Shown: positions 8,943 through 17,726 of the stretch, piece by piece
Layout of the letters: every line of letters starts with the position of its first letter
Position numbering within the stretch: the first letter of the stretch is position 1
Assembly (NCBI GenBank): GCA_965242835.1
Contig: OZ251506.1
Span: 2,842,130-2,906,129, forward strand
DNA length: 64,000 bases
Reading direction: 5' to 3'
Source: Vicinamibacterales bacterium
GTDB lineage: Bacteria > Acidobacteriota > Vicinamibacteria > Vicinamibacterales > UBA8438
Position numbers and translations under genes: made by a program
The notes under the pieces: model-generated
Databases searched by the model: none
Told to the model about the DNA's origin: nothing
Seen by the model: only the letters and a program-made list of their open reading frames with translations

Positions 8943-10647
8943 GTGTCCCACGACCTTGGTCTTCCCCGACCGAACCGGCTCGCTTCGCGGGCCCGCCCGG
9001 GCGTCGCCGGGCTGGCGCTCGCCGCGGCGGTGCTGTCCGCGCCGTTCGCCGATGCGCAGACGGTCTCCATCACCTCCACCCCCGCCCAGCGGCTCCACCT
9101 ACGGCGCCGGCGAGACCATCACCACCCGGCTCAGCGGCCTCGCCTCGCTCGAGGGCGGCAACCCCAGCATCGCCACGATGAGGCTCGACGTCGGCGGCGT
9201 GGAGCGTCAGGCGAGCAGCACCACCTCCTTCGTCAGAGGCATCACGCAGGTGAACTTCTCCTACACCGTCACCGTCGACGATCGCGACACCGACGGCATC
9301 ACCATTCCGGCCAACTCCGTCGACACCGGCGGCAGCACCTGGAGAACCCTGGGCGCCGCGATCATCAACCGCAACCACGCCGCTCTGAGCAACCAGGCCG
9401 GGCACCGGGTGGACGGGTACCGGGGGACGCCGGGGGTGATCGGCCTGGAGCTGAATTCGCCGCTCGGGGCGGTTCCGTACTTCGAGCGGGGCGACGCGAT
9501 CGACGCCACGGTGCGGTTCACCCAGGCGGTGGACGTGACGGGGACGCCGCAACTGGCGCTGGCCATCGGTTCGAACACCCGGCAGGCGTCCTACGTCGGC
9601 GGCACGGGCACTACGAGGCTGGTGTTCCGCTACGTCGTGGTCTCGACGGACGACGACCCCAACGGCCTCAGCATCGCGGCGAACGCGCTGACCGGGGGGA
9701 CGATCCGGGTGGCGGGCGGCACGACGAACGCCACGCGGGGGCTGGGCGCCCGCGCCGTCTCGAACAGCGCGGGCCACCTGGTGGACGGCTCGCTGCTGAC
9801 GCCGGCGGCGGTGAACGGGGCGTCCATCACGAGCCGCCCGCGGGCGGGGGGTTCGTACGGACCGGGCGAGCGGATCGAGGTCGATGTGCGGTTCTACCGG
9901 GCGGTGGCCGTGTCGGGGACGCCGCAACTGGCGCTGACCATCGGCAGGGAGACCCGGCAGGCGGACTACGCCTCGGGCACGGGCACGATGACGCTTTCGT
10001 TCTCGTACGTGGTGGCGGCGAACGACGTGGACGAGAACGGCGTCGGCGTGGCCGCGGACGCGCTGACGCTCAACGGCGGGGAGATCGACGACGCGCGCAG
10101 CGCCACGACGCCGGCGAACCTGGACCTGGGGAGGAACGCGATCCGCGACGCCGCCGGGCACCGGGTGAACGACACCCTGGGCGGCCCGCCCGGGCCGGCG
10201 CCGCCCGAACCGCCGGCGGGAGTGGAGACGGCTTCGGCCGGCGACGGCAGCGTGACCATCTCCTGGGCGCATCCGGGAGATCCGGACGTCGCCTCCTACG
10301 AATACCTGCTGCAACGGGCGGGGCGCGCGGTCGGGGACTGGCGGACGGTCCCGGGCAGCGACGCCGACACCACCAGCGTCACGATCGACCTGACGACCGG
10401 CGAAGCCCGCGCCGTCAACAACGCCGCGCCGCCGGCCGAATGGACCATCCTGCTTCGCGCCCGCGACCGGAACGGGAACGCCGGGGGCATCGCCAGAACG
10501 ACCGTGACCGCCGCGGGAACGCCCGTGCCGGCCGTTCCCGCGGCGTGGCTGGGGGTGCAGGCGTTGCTGCTGCTCCGCGTTTACCGGAAGAGAAGCCGAA
10601 TGCTCCGCCGCCCGCCGGCCGGCGGGAGAGGCCGGCAGACCGGCTGA
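8943..10647 (+). CDS. Secreted/cell-surface repeat protein (3 adhesin-type Ig-like repeats + FN3-like domain + C-terminal hydrophobic anchor); reading frame broken once near 9079-9087
   Basis: GTG 8943 frame gives signal peptide RPGVAGLALAAAVLSAPFADAQTVSITSTPA. The continuation GSTYGAGETITTRLSG is in the frame of ORF 8956..10647. Repeats share GTPQLAL(A/T)IG..TRQA.Y..GTGT..L.F.YVV...D.D.NG. Tail: VPAVPAAWLGVQALLLLRVYRKRSR. Confidence 0.7.
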
Positions 10648-10750
10648 CGTTTCCTCGCCGCCGCCGTTCGGCCGTCGAACCGCGCACCGGCATCGCGGGC
10701 GGGCCGCGCCGCTCTCGAAGCGCGGATCCGCCGCGCGATGCTCGTCAAGG

Positions 10751-10849
10751 CCGCCGTCCCTCGCCGCGCGGGCGAGCGTCGCGGCCGGCGCGAGGGCGTC
10801 GGCCACAACCGCCGTCCCTCGACGCGCGGGCGAGCGTCGCGGCCGGCGC
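10751..10849. repeat. Two 41-bp direct repeats (10751-10791, 10809-10849; 1 mismatch), each with an internal CTCGCC...GGCGAG hairpin
   Basis: Direct reading: ccgccgtccctcg(c/a)cgcgcgggcgagcgtcgcggccggcgc. Confidence 0.8.
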
Positions 10850-10860
10850 CCCTCCTACCA

Positions 10861-10934
10861 TTGACGAAACACGACTTGACAAAAAACGACTTGACAAAAC
10901 ACGACTTGACGAAACACGGCGTCCGCCCCATACT
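10861..10934 (+). promoter_or_regulatory. Four in-phase 15-bp tandem repeats, each carrying TTGAC(A/G); the last one is 17 bp from a CATACT -10-like box, 6 nt before the ATG
   Basis: ttgacgaaacacgac / ttgacaaaaaacgac / ttgacaaaacacgac / ttgacgaaacacggc (10861-10920). CATACT at 10929-10934; ATG at 10941. An AT-rich island in a GC-rich context. Confidence 0.55.
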
Positions 10935-10940
10935 GCGGCG

Positions 10941-12386
10941 ATGGCGGCCTTCGTCGGGCGGGACACGGAACTGCGGCTGCTGGCGCAGGCGTTCGAGTCC
11001 CCGCGCTCGGCGCTGATCCCGATCTACGGCCGGCGGCGGGTCGGCAAGAGCGAGCTCATCCTGCGGTTTCTGGCCGGCAGGCCCGGCGTGTACTACCTGG
11101 GGCAGCAGTCGGCGGCCGGGCTGCAGGTGCGCGAGTTCCTGGCCGAGGCGGGCCGCGTGCTCGACGTGCCGTTGCTGGCGGAGCTGCGCGTCGGCGACTG
11201 GCGGCAGGCGCTGCTCACCGTGACCAGGCAATGGACGGCGGCCCATCCGGGGGCGAAGCTCGTCCTGGCCCTGGACGAATTCCAGTGGATGGCGGCGGCC
11301 AGCCCCGGCCTCCTCTCGGCGTTGCAGCACTGCTGGGACCGGGAGTGGAAGAAGTCGGGCTCCGTCGTGCTGCTGCTGTGCGGTTCGTACCTCGGGTTCA
11401 TGGAACGCGAGGTGCTCGGCAAGGCGAGCCCCCTGTTCGGCAGGCGCACCGCGCAGATCCACCTGCAGCCGTTCGGCTATCTCGATGCGGCCCGGTTCCA
11501 TCCGCGCTGGTCGCCCGAAGACCGGGCGAAGGCGTACTTCCTGGTCGGCGGCCTGCCGCAATACCTGCTCTGCCTCGACGACGCCCGGTCCATCGCCCGG
11601 AACGTGCGCCGCGCCCTGCTCGACGAGTTCGCGCCGCTGTTCCACGAGCCGGAGTTCCTGCTGCGCGAGGAACTGCGCGAGGTCGCGCCGTACCACGCGG
11701 TGCTCTTCGCCGTCGCGTCCGGCCACGGCGCCGCGCCGGCCATCGCCGCCGCCGCCGAGCTGCCCGAGCGCAACCTGCCCTACTACTTGCAACAACTCGT
11801 GAACCTCGGCTACCTGCGGCGCCGCTACCCGCTCGACCGCCGCCGGCCGAATCCGAAGCAGGTGCGCTTCGGCATCGACGACCCGCTGCTGCGCTTCTGG
11901 TTCCGCTTCGTGTTCCCCAACCGGAGCGCGATCCGCGGCAGCGGCCCCGAGCGGGTGTTCGCCGACCGCATCGCCCCGGAGCTCGACGCCTGGTTCGGGT
12001 CCGGCTTCGAACGGCTGTGCCGCGAGGCGCTGCCCCTCGTCTACGCGGCCGAGGGGGTCACCGCGGGGTTCGAGGTGGGCGAGTACTGGAGCCGCCCGCG
12101 GCGGAACGCGGCCGGGGCCGCTTCGCCCGACGCGCCCCCGGCCGCGCAGATCGACGTCGTCGGACTGCGCGACGACGACTGGACCGACCTCGGCGAGTGC
12201 AAGTGGGGCGCCGTGCCGTCGGCCCCGGCGCTGGAGGCCGAGCTCGACCGGAAGGCGCGCCTCTACCCCAACCGCCGCGGCGCCACGATAGGCCGCCGCT
12301 GTTTCGTGCGCCGCAAGCCGGCCTCCCGGTCCTCGGCGCCCGGCTGGTACTCGCTTCGGGACCTGTACGCGCTGGACGCCGCGTAG
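10941..12386 (+). CDS. ATP-binding protein, archaeal-type ATPase (Arch_ATPase-like) with C-terminal DUF234 (PD-(D/E)XK-like) domain
   Basis: C-terminal part of the composite 8832..12386 ORF. FVGRDTELRLL, Walker A IYGRRRVGKSELI, Walker B LVLALDEFQ, wHTH-like LQQLVNLGYLRRRYP, and IDVVGL...LGECKWG (D..ExK). Confidence 0.85.
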   Translation: MAAFVGRDTELRLLAQAFESPRSALIPIYGRRRVGKSELILRFLAGRPGVYYLGQQSAAGLQVREFLAEAGRVLDVPLLAELRVGDWRQALLTVTRQWTAAHPGAKLVLALDEFQWMAAASPGLLSALQHCWDREWKKSGSVVLLLCGSYLGFMEREVLGKASPLFGRRTAQIHLQPFGYLDAARFHPRWSPEDRAKAYFLVGGLPQYLLCLDDARSIARNVRRALLDEFAPLFHEPEFLLREELREVAPYHAVLFAVASGHGAAPAIAAAAELPERNLPYYLQQLVNLGYLRRRYPLDRRRPNPKQVRFGIDDPLLRFWFRFVFPNRSAIRGSGPERVFADRIAPELDAWFGSGFERLCREALPLVYAAEGVTAGFEVGEYWSRPRRNAAGAASPDAPPAAQIDVVGLRDDDWTDLGECKWGAVPSAPALEAELDRKARLYPNRRGATIGRRCFVRRKPASRSSAPGWYSLRDLYALDAA

Positions 12387-12422
12387 CGCCCGCCAAAAGC
12401 GTCGCCTTGCGGCTTCCGCGCC

Positions 12423-12846
12423 TCAGGCTCGCGATCCGCCGAACAGGCCGGCGAGCCAGCCCCAGAACCCGCGCCGGCGCGTGGTCACGAGGCCCGTCTC
12501 GGACGGGACGTCGATGACTTCGCCGGAGACCGCCGGCGCGTCTTCGTCGTCGGCGTCGGGTTCGGGGGCCGGAGGCGGCTCCGGCGGCGCGGTCCGGACC
12601 AGCGGCGGCCCGCCGAGGCGGACGGTGACCAGCACCTCGCCGGGAGCGGGGACGCTGGCCGCCGGCAGGCCGCCCCCGGAACGGGCGGCGAGCGCGGCGA
12701 CCAGCACGCTCTCGGCCGCCTCGAAGACGCCCGGGACGCCCCGGCCGGCGGCCAGGGCTCCCGGGACGTCCCGGAACGAAATCGTCGAGTCGGGCGTCCC
12801 GCGCTCGATACGGCAGGGATAGCTGGCGGTGCGTGCGGACTGCATG
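12423..12846 (-). CDS. Hypothetical protein (140 aa), downstream of the epoxide hydrolase
   Basis: Internal start MQSARTASYPCRIERG in ORF 12423..14330. Acidic/Pro linker and RRRGFWGWLAGLFGG tail. No family recognised. Confidence 0.45.
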
Positions 12847-12871
12847 ACTTCAGGTATCGAAACGCGCCCGC

Positions 12872-14140
12872 TCACCGCAGCCCGCGGAAGAACTTGCGGA
12901 CGTCCTCGGTCAGCAGCTCGGGTTCCTCGAGCGCCGCGAAGTGTCCGCCCCGCGGCATCTCCGTCCAGTGCGTCACGTTGAAGGCCGCCTCGGCCCACGC
13001 CCGCGGCGGAATGAACAGCTCCTTCGGGAAGATGGCACAGCCCACCGGCGTCTCGACGTAGCCCATCTCCCGGCTCGGCGGCGTGTGGCGCGACTCGTAG
13101 TAGATGCGGGTCGACGACGTGATCGTCTGGGTGGCCCAGTAGATCGTGACGTTGGTCAGCAGCTCGTCCTTCGTGAAGCGGCTCTCGACGTCGCCCTCGC
13201 AGTCGCACCACGTGCGGAACTTCTCGACGATCCAGGCGGCCAGCCCGGCCGGCGAGTCGTTCAGGCCGTAGCCGAGCGTCTGCGGCTTGGTCCCCTGGAT
13301 GTTGCTGTAGCCGCGCTCGTCGGCGAAGAACTCCTGCCGCTCGCGGGTGCGGGCCAGCTCCTCCGGCGGCACGCCGGCGGCCGGGTCCTCCACGCCGGCC
13401 GGCGGGCCCGCGGTCACCATGTTGATGTGCACGCCGACGACGCGGTCGGGATGCTGCACGGCCTGCCAGCGGCTGATGATGCTGCCCCAGTCGCCCCCCT
13501 GCGTCCCGTAGCGGTCGTAACCCAGGCGCTCCATCAGCTTGCCGATGACTTCCGCCATCTTCTCCGGGTTCCAGCCGCGGCCGGCCGGCTTGTCGGAGAA
13601 GCCGTAGCCGGGGATCGACGGGGCCACGACGTGGAACGCGTCGGCCGCGTCGCCGCCGTAGTTGGTCGGATCGACCAGCAGCGGGATGATCTTGTAGAAC
13701 TCCATGATCGATCCGGGCCAGCCGTGCGTGATGACCAGCGGCAGGGCGTCCTCGTGGGGCGAGCGCTGGTGGATGAAGTGGACGTCCAGCCCGTCGACGT
13801 CCGTCTTGAAGTGGTCGAAGCCGTTCAGCAGCCACTCCTGGCTCCGCCAGTCGAACTCGTCCCGCCAGTAGGCGAGCAGCTCCTCCAGGTATTCGCGGTC
13901 GGTTCCGTAGTCCCACGCCGTGCCGGGCAGGTCGTCGGGCAGCCGCGTGCGGGCCAGCCGCTCCCGCAGGTCGACCAGCACCTCGTCGGGCACGTCGATC
14001 GTGAACGGGCGGACGGCCTCGGCGTCGCCGGCCGCGTTCTCTTCCTGCGCGGCGGCGGGGGCGGCGAGCGCGAAGGCGGCCGCCGCCGCGAGCGGCGCGG
14101 CGCGGCGAATCGGGGCGAATCGGGGCAGGGTCATGAGCAC
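12872..14140 (-). CDS. Epoxide hydrolase (microsomal EH-like, alpha/beta hydrolase with EHN N-terminal domain)
   Basis: HGWPGS oxyanion motif, GGDWGS nucleophile elbow, N-terminal FDWR..E..LN.F.HF segment, signal peptide. Confidence 0.9.
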   Translation of the reverse strand: MLMTLPRFAPIRRAAPLAAAAAFALAAPAAAQEENAAGDAEAVRPFTIDVPDEVLVDLRERLARTRLPDDLPGTAWDYGTDREYLEELLAYWRDEFDWRSQEWLLNGFDHFKTDVDGLDVHFIHQRSPHEDALPLVITHGWPGSIMEFYKIIPLLVDPTNYGGDAADAFHVVAPSIPGYGFSDKPAGRGWNPEKMAEVIGKLMERLGYDRYGTQGGDWGSIISRWQAVQHPDRVVGVHINMVTAGPPAGVEDPAAGVPPEELARTRERQEFFADERGYSNIQGTKPQTLGYGLNDSPAGLAAWIVEKFRTWCDCEGDVESRFTKDELLTNVTIYWATQTITSSTRIYYESRHTPPSREMGYVETPVGCAIFPKELFIPPRAWAEAAFNVTHWTEMPRGGHFAALEEPELLTEDVRKFFRGLR

Positions 14141-14196
14141 ACCTTTCGTTCAGGGCGGCCCCTATAATGCCACGAACGAACAGGAGGGCCCGATCG

Positions 14197-14670
14197 ATGC
14201 CGAAGACATGGCTCGCCCGCGCGCTCGTTCTCGGCTGGATTCCGACGCTCTTCGTCGCCGGCGGCGCGCGCTGGTTCGGCGAGCCGGCCGCGTCGGCGCA
14301 GGAGCGGACGCCGATCCGGGTGACCCGCATCTACACCGGCGAGGACGGCCGGACCCACGCCGAGGAGTACGACGTCCCGCTCACCTCGTCGCGCGGGGCC
14401 ACCGAGCTGTCCGACCCGGTCGCGGTGACCGGCGTCCAGTTCCGGCGGACTTCGCCCGACTACTTCATCGACTGGCACACGGCCCCGCGCCGGCAGTTCG
14501 TCATCACGCTGGCCGGGGAGAGCGAGGTCGAGATCGGCGACGGAACGACGATCCGGCTGCACCCGGGCCACATCCTGCTGGCCGAGGACACCACCGGCCA
14601 GGGCCACGTCTCGCGGGCCGTCGGCGACGAGGACCGCATCTCGATCTTCCTGCCGCTCGCCGAGCGGTAG
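14197..14670 (+). CDS. Cupin-domain protein, secreted or membrane-anchored
   Basis: AGGAGG at 14182-14187, 9 nt before ATG 14197; TATAAT at 14163-14168. Beta-barrel-like C-terminus WHTAPRRQFVITLAGESEVEIGDG...HPGHILLAEDTTGQGH. Confidence 0.75.
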   Translation: MPKTWLARALVLGWIPTLFVAGGARWFGEPAASAQERTPIRVTRIYTGEDGRTHAEEYDVPLTSSRGATELSDPVAVTGVQFRRTSPDYFIDWHTAPRRQFVITLAGESEVEIGDGTTIRLHPGHILLAEDTTGQGHVSRAVGDEDRISIFLPLAER

Positions 14671-14797
14671 CGGCGTCCGCTCCGGCGCGTCCCGCGGCTT
14701 CCCGGGGCGCGCCTCGGCGCGGGACGCCGTGGCCCGGAGCAAGGCCGAGAGGAACGACAGGACCGGACCGGCCGTGACCCGGACGGAAGGAGACGCC

Positions 14798-15636
14798 GTG
14801 GCGGAGGAATTTCCGGACTTGACGGTGGCCTTGAAGAAAGCGGTCGATGAAGCCGGACGTGATCTCGGCAAGGTCAACGTGCTGATCGCCGGCCGCTCCG
14901 GCGTCGGCAAGAGCACACTCGTCAACAGCGTCTTTCGCGGCCGGCTGGCGACGACGGGTCAGGGGGAGCCGGTCACGAAGACGACGCGGCTGATCTCGAA
15001 GCAGGGCGTCCCGCTGGCGATCTGGGACACGCGCGGTCTGGAGATGGCCGACTTCGACGAGACGCTCGGCGAGTTGACGCGGTTGGTCGAGGAGCGGGCC
15101 GGGGAGCCGGACGCGCGGAACCGCGTTCACGTCGCCTGGCTCTGCGTGCATGAAGATGGACGCCGTGTCGAAGAGGCCGAAAGGAAGCTGTGCCGGGCGT
15201 TGAAGGAGCACGTGCCGGTGCTCGGCGTGATCACCAAGTCGCGCCGGGACGACGGGTTCCGCGCCGAGGTGCAACGGCTGCTGCCGGAGGCCGGGAACGT
15301 GGTCCGTGTGCGGGCGATCGCGGAAGAGTTCGACGAACCCGGCCGCGCGCTGCCGCCGATGGGGCTGGAGGATCTCGTCGAGGCGACGGCCGAGATGGTT
15401 CCCGATGCGGTCGTCGCTGCATTCGAGGCCGCACAGAAGGTCAGGCTGCAAGACAAGACACGCTGGGCGAGGTCTACGTCGCGTCGCTCGTCGCCGTGTC
15501 CGGCAGGAGCGGCGGGGCGACGCCGGAGATGGATGCCGTGCGGACGGAGTTCACGAAACGGGTGAAGAAGGCGACGGACCGTTCCTGGCTCGGGAAGATG
15601 AAGTCCGTCGTCCGCGAGCGGCTCGGCCGCCGGTGA
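14798..15636 (+). pseudogene. YfjP/YeeP-like small GTPase, frame broken by a 5-bp tandem duplication (CAAGA x2 at 15449-15458)
   Basis: GGAAGGAG SD before GTG 14798. G1 GRSGVGKST and G3 DTRG present. After ...AAQKVRLQD the sense continues in the frame of ORF 15190..15636 (TLGEVYVASLVAV...KSVVRERLGRR). Removing one CAAGA restores a single frame. Confidence 0.7.
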
Positions 15637-15785
15637 ATGCCGCCGGCCGGTTCCTGCGCGGTGCGCCCGGGCGTCCGGCCGGCTCGACGCACTTGACGCC
15701 GCCCGGTCCGCCGTCGATCATGAGGCGTCGGCGGCCGGCGCCGGGGCCGCCGGCCCACGGAACTCTTGTGACGAGGAGCCGTACG

Positions 15786-17585
15786 ATGCAGAAGCAGTGG
15801 CGTGAATCGCGATCCGTTCCCGGAATCGCGCTGGCCGTGACGGTTCTCCTTGCGGCGCCGGCCGGCGCGGGCGCGCAGCCGGCCGCCGGCTTCGTCCCCG
15901 TCACCGACGCGATGCTCCAGGACCCGGCGCCGGGCGACTGGCTGACGTGGCGGCGGACGCTGGACGGCTGGGGCTACAGCCCGCTGGACGAGATCGACCG
16001 GGACAACGTGCGCCGGCTGCGGATGGTCTGGACGCGGGGGCTCGCGGAGGGACGGCAGGAGGGCACCCCGCTCGCCTACGGCGGCGTCCTCTACATGCCG
16101 CAGTCGAGCGACGTGATCGAGGCCATCGACGCGGTCACCGGCGACCTGATCTGGAGCCACCGGCGCGACCTGCCGGAGGACGTCTACGAGTACGTCGGCG
16201 GCAACGCCCGCAACAACCGGAACATCTCCCTCTACGACCGGTTCATCGTCAACACCAGCGACGACGACTACATCTTCGGGCTCGACGCCGCGACCGGCGA
16301 GATCGCCTGGGAGACGCGCATCTTCGACTACCGGGAGATCCCGGCCGGACACAGCTCGGGACCGATCATCGCCGACGGCAAGGCGATCTCCGGGCGGAGC
16401 TGCCGCCCGCGGGGCGGACCCGAGTCGTGCGTGATCGTGGCCCACGACGCCCGCACCGGCGAGGAGCTGTGGCGGCGGCGGACGGTGCCGGCCCCGGGCG
16501 AGCCGGGCGACGAGACGTGGGGCGGGGTGCCGTTCGAGGAGCGCATCCACGTCGGCACGTGGATGCCGGGCAGCTACGACCCGGAGCTGCGGTTGTTCTA
16601 CCAGGGCACGTCGGTCACTTCGCCGGCGCCGAAGTTCATGCTCGGGGGCGTCGACAACACGCACCTGTACCACAACTCCACGCTGGCCCTCGACGTCGAC
16701 ACCGGCGAGATCCGCTGGCACTACCAGCACCTGAACGACCACTGGGACCTCGACCATCCGTTCGAGCGCATCCTCGTCGACACCGCGGTGGCGCCCGACC
16801 CGTCCGAGGTGAGCTGGATCAACCCGCGGATCGAGCCGGGGGAGGTCCGCCGGGTGCTGACCGGCATCCCCGGCAAGACCGGCGTCGTCTACACGCTGGA
16901 CCGCGAGACGGGCGAGTTCCTGTGGGCCACCCCGACCGTCGCGCAGAACGTCATCAGCAGCATCGACGGCGCCACCGGGGCGGTGACGGAGAACGCCGAG
17001 GTGGTCTTCAACGCGGTGGGGCAGGAGGTCTTCGCCTGTCCGACCTGGAACGGCGGCAAGGACTGGGAGGCCGGCGCCTACAGCCCGCTGACCAACACGA
17101 TGTACATGCCGCTGCGCAACACCTGCGCCCGCATGCTGGCGACGCGGACGTTCGCCGACGACACGCCGGCCGCCCCGACGGAGAGCCGTTCGGCGATCTA
17201 CGCCATCGCCTACCGCCACCAGTTGGCGCCGGGCAACGACAACGCGGGCACCGTGCGGGCGATCTCGGCGGAGACCGGCGAGACCGTCTGGCTCCACGAG
17301 CAGCGCGCGGCCACGCTGTCGCTCGTGGCGACGGGCGGCGGCCTGGTCTTCGGCGGCGACGTCAACGGGCGGTTCAAGGCATTCGACCAGGAGACCGGCG
17401 AGGTGCTGTGGGAGATCAACCTCGGCTCGCCGGTCAGCGGCTTTCCCATCAGCTACGCGGTCGACGGCAAGCAGTACCTGGCGGTCGGCACGGGCACCGG
17501 CGGGACGTCGTCGCACTTCAGCCGGTTGACCCCGGAGCTGCGGCCGAGCGCGGGGAACAACCTCTTCGTGTTCGCGCTGCCGTGA
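15786..17585 (+). CDS. PQQ-dependent dehydrogenase (quinoprotein alcohol/sugar dehydrogenase family), periplasmic
   Basis: Internal start MQKQWRESRS with GAGGAG SD. Motifs: DAMLQDPAPGDWLTWRRTLDGWGYSPL, GVLYMP, TGDLIWS, WDLDHP, W-repeat propeller. Confidence 0.9.
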   Translation: MQKQWRESRSVPGIALAVTVLLAAPAGAGAQPAAGFVPVTDAMLQDPAPGDWLTWRRTLDGWGYSPLDEIDRDNVRRLRMVWTRGLAEGRQEGTPLAYGGVLYMPQSSDVIEAIDAVTGDLIWSHRRDLPEDVYEYVGGNARNNRNISLYDRFIVNTSDDDYIFGLDAATGEIAWETRIFDYREIPAGHSSGPIIADGKAISGRSCRPRGGPESCVIVAHDARTGEELWRRRTVPAPGEPGDETWGGVPFEERIHVGTWMPGSYDPELRLFYQGTSVTSPAPKFMLGGVDNTHLYHNSTLALDVDTGEIRWHYQHLNDHWDLDHPFERILVDTAVAPDPSEVSWINPRIEPGEVRRVLTGIPGKTGVVYTLDRETGEFLWATPTVAQNVISSIDGATGAVTENAEVVFNAVGQEVFACPTWNGGKDWEAGAYSPLTNTMYMPLRNTCARMLATRTFADDTPAAPTESRSAIYAIAYRHQLAPGNDNAGTVRAISAETGETVWLHEQRAATLSLVATGGGLVFGGDVNGRFKAFDQETGEVLWEINLGSPVSGFPISYAVDGKQYLAVGTGTGGTSSHFSRLTPELRPSAGNNLFVFALP

Positions 17586-17726
17586 GCGGAGGGTCGGCGC
17601 CCGACCGGCCGGGAACGCCGCGCGCCGCCTCGCGGCCGGGGAAGTCGTTTTACACGTCCGAGCCCTGCCGACCAGCGACTCCGGCCGTGAGCCGCGGGCG
17701 GCCAGCCGGTCGTCGTTCGCCCTCGG

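Noticed and set aside
10861-10920. Reading the 15-bp repeats as a coding pentapeptide repeat (LTKHD or TRLDK).
   Set aside because: There is no plausible start codon or SD upstream in either frame, the flanking translation is junk, and the AT-rich repeat sits exactly at promoter distance from the ATPase start.
8832-12386. Single 1184-aa ORF spanning the adhesin region, the intergenic repeats and the DUF234 ATPase.
   Set aside because: Only its first ~80 codons (the adhesin signal peptide) and its last 481 codons (the ATPase) are sensible. The middle is the wrong frame of the adhesin gene plus non-coding repeats. I split it into separate features.
12390-12412. Shared motif gcgtcgccttgcgg just after three plus-strand stop codons (12396, 45395, 52983), considered as a possible terminator or REP signal.
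   Set aside because: Only 10-14 nt are shared. In sequence this compositionally biased, matches of that length are expected many times by chance in 64 kb on both strands.
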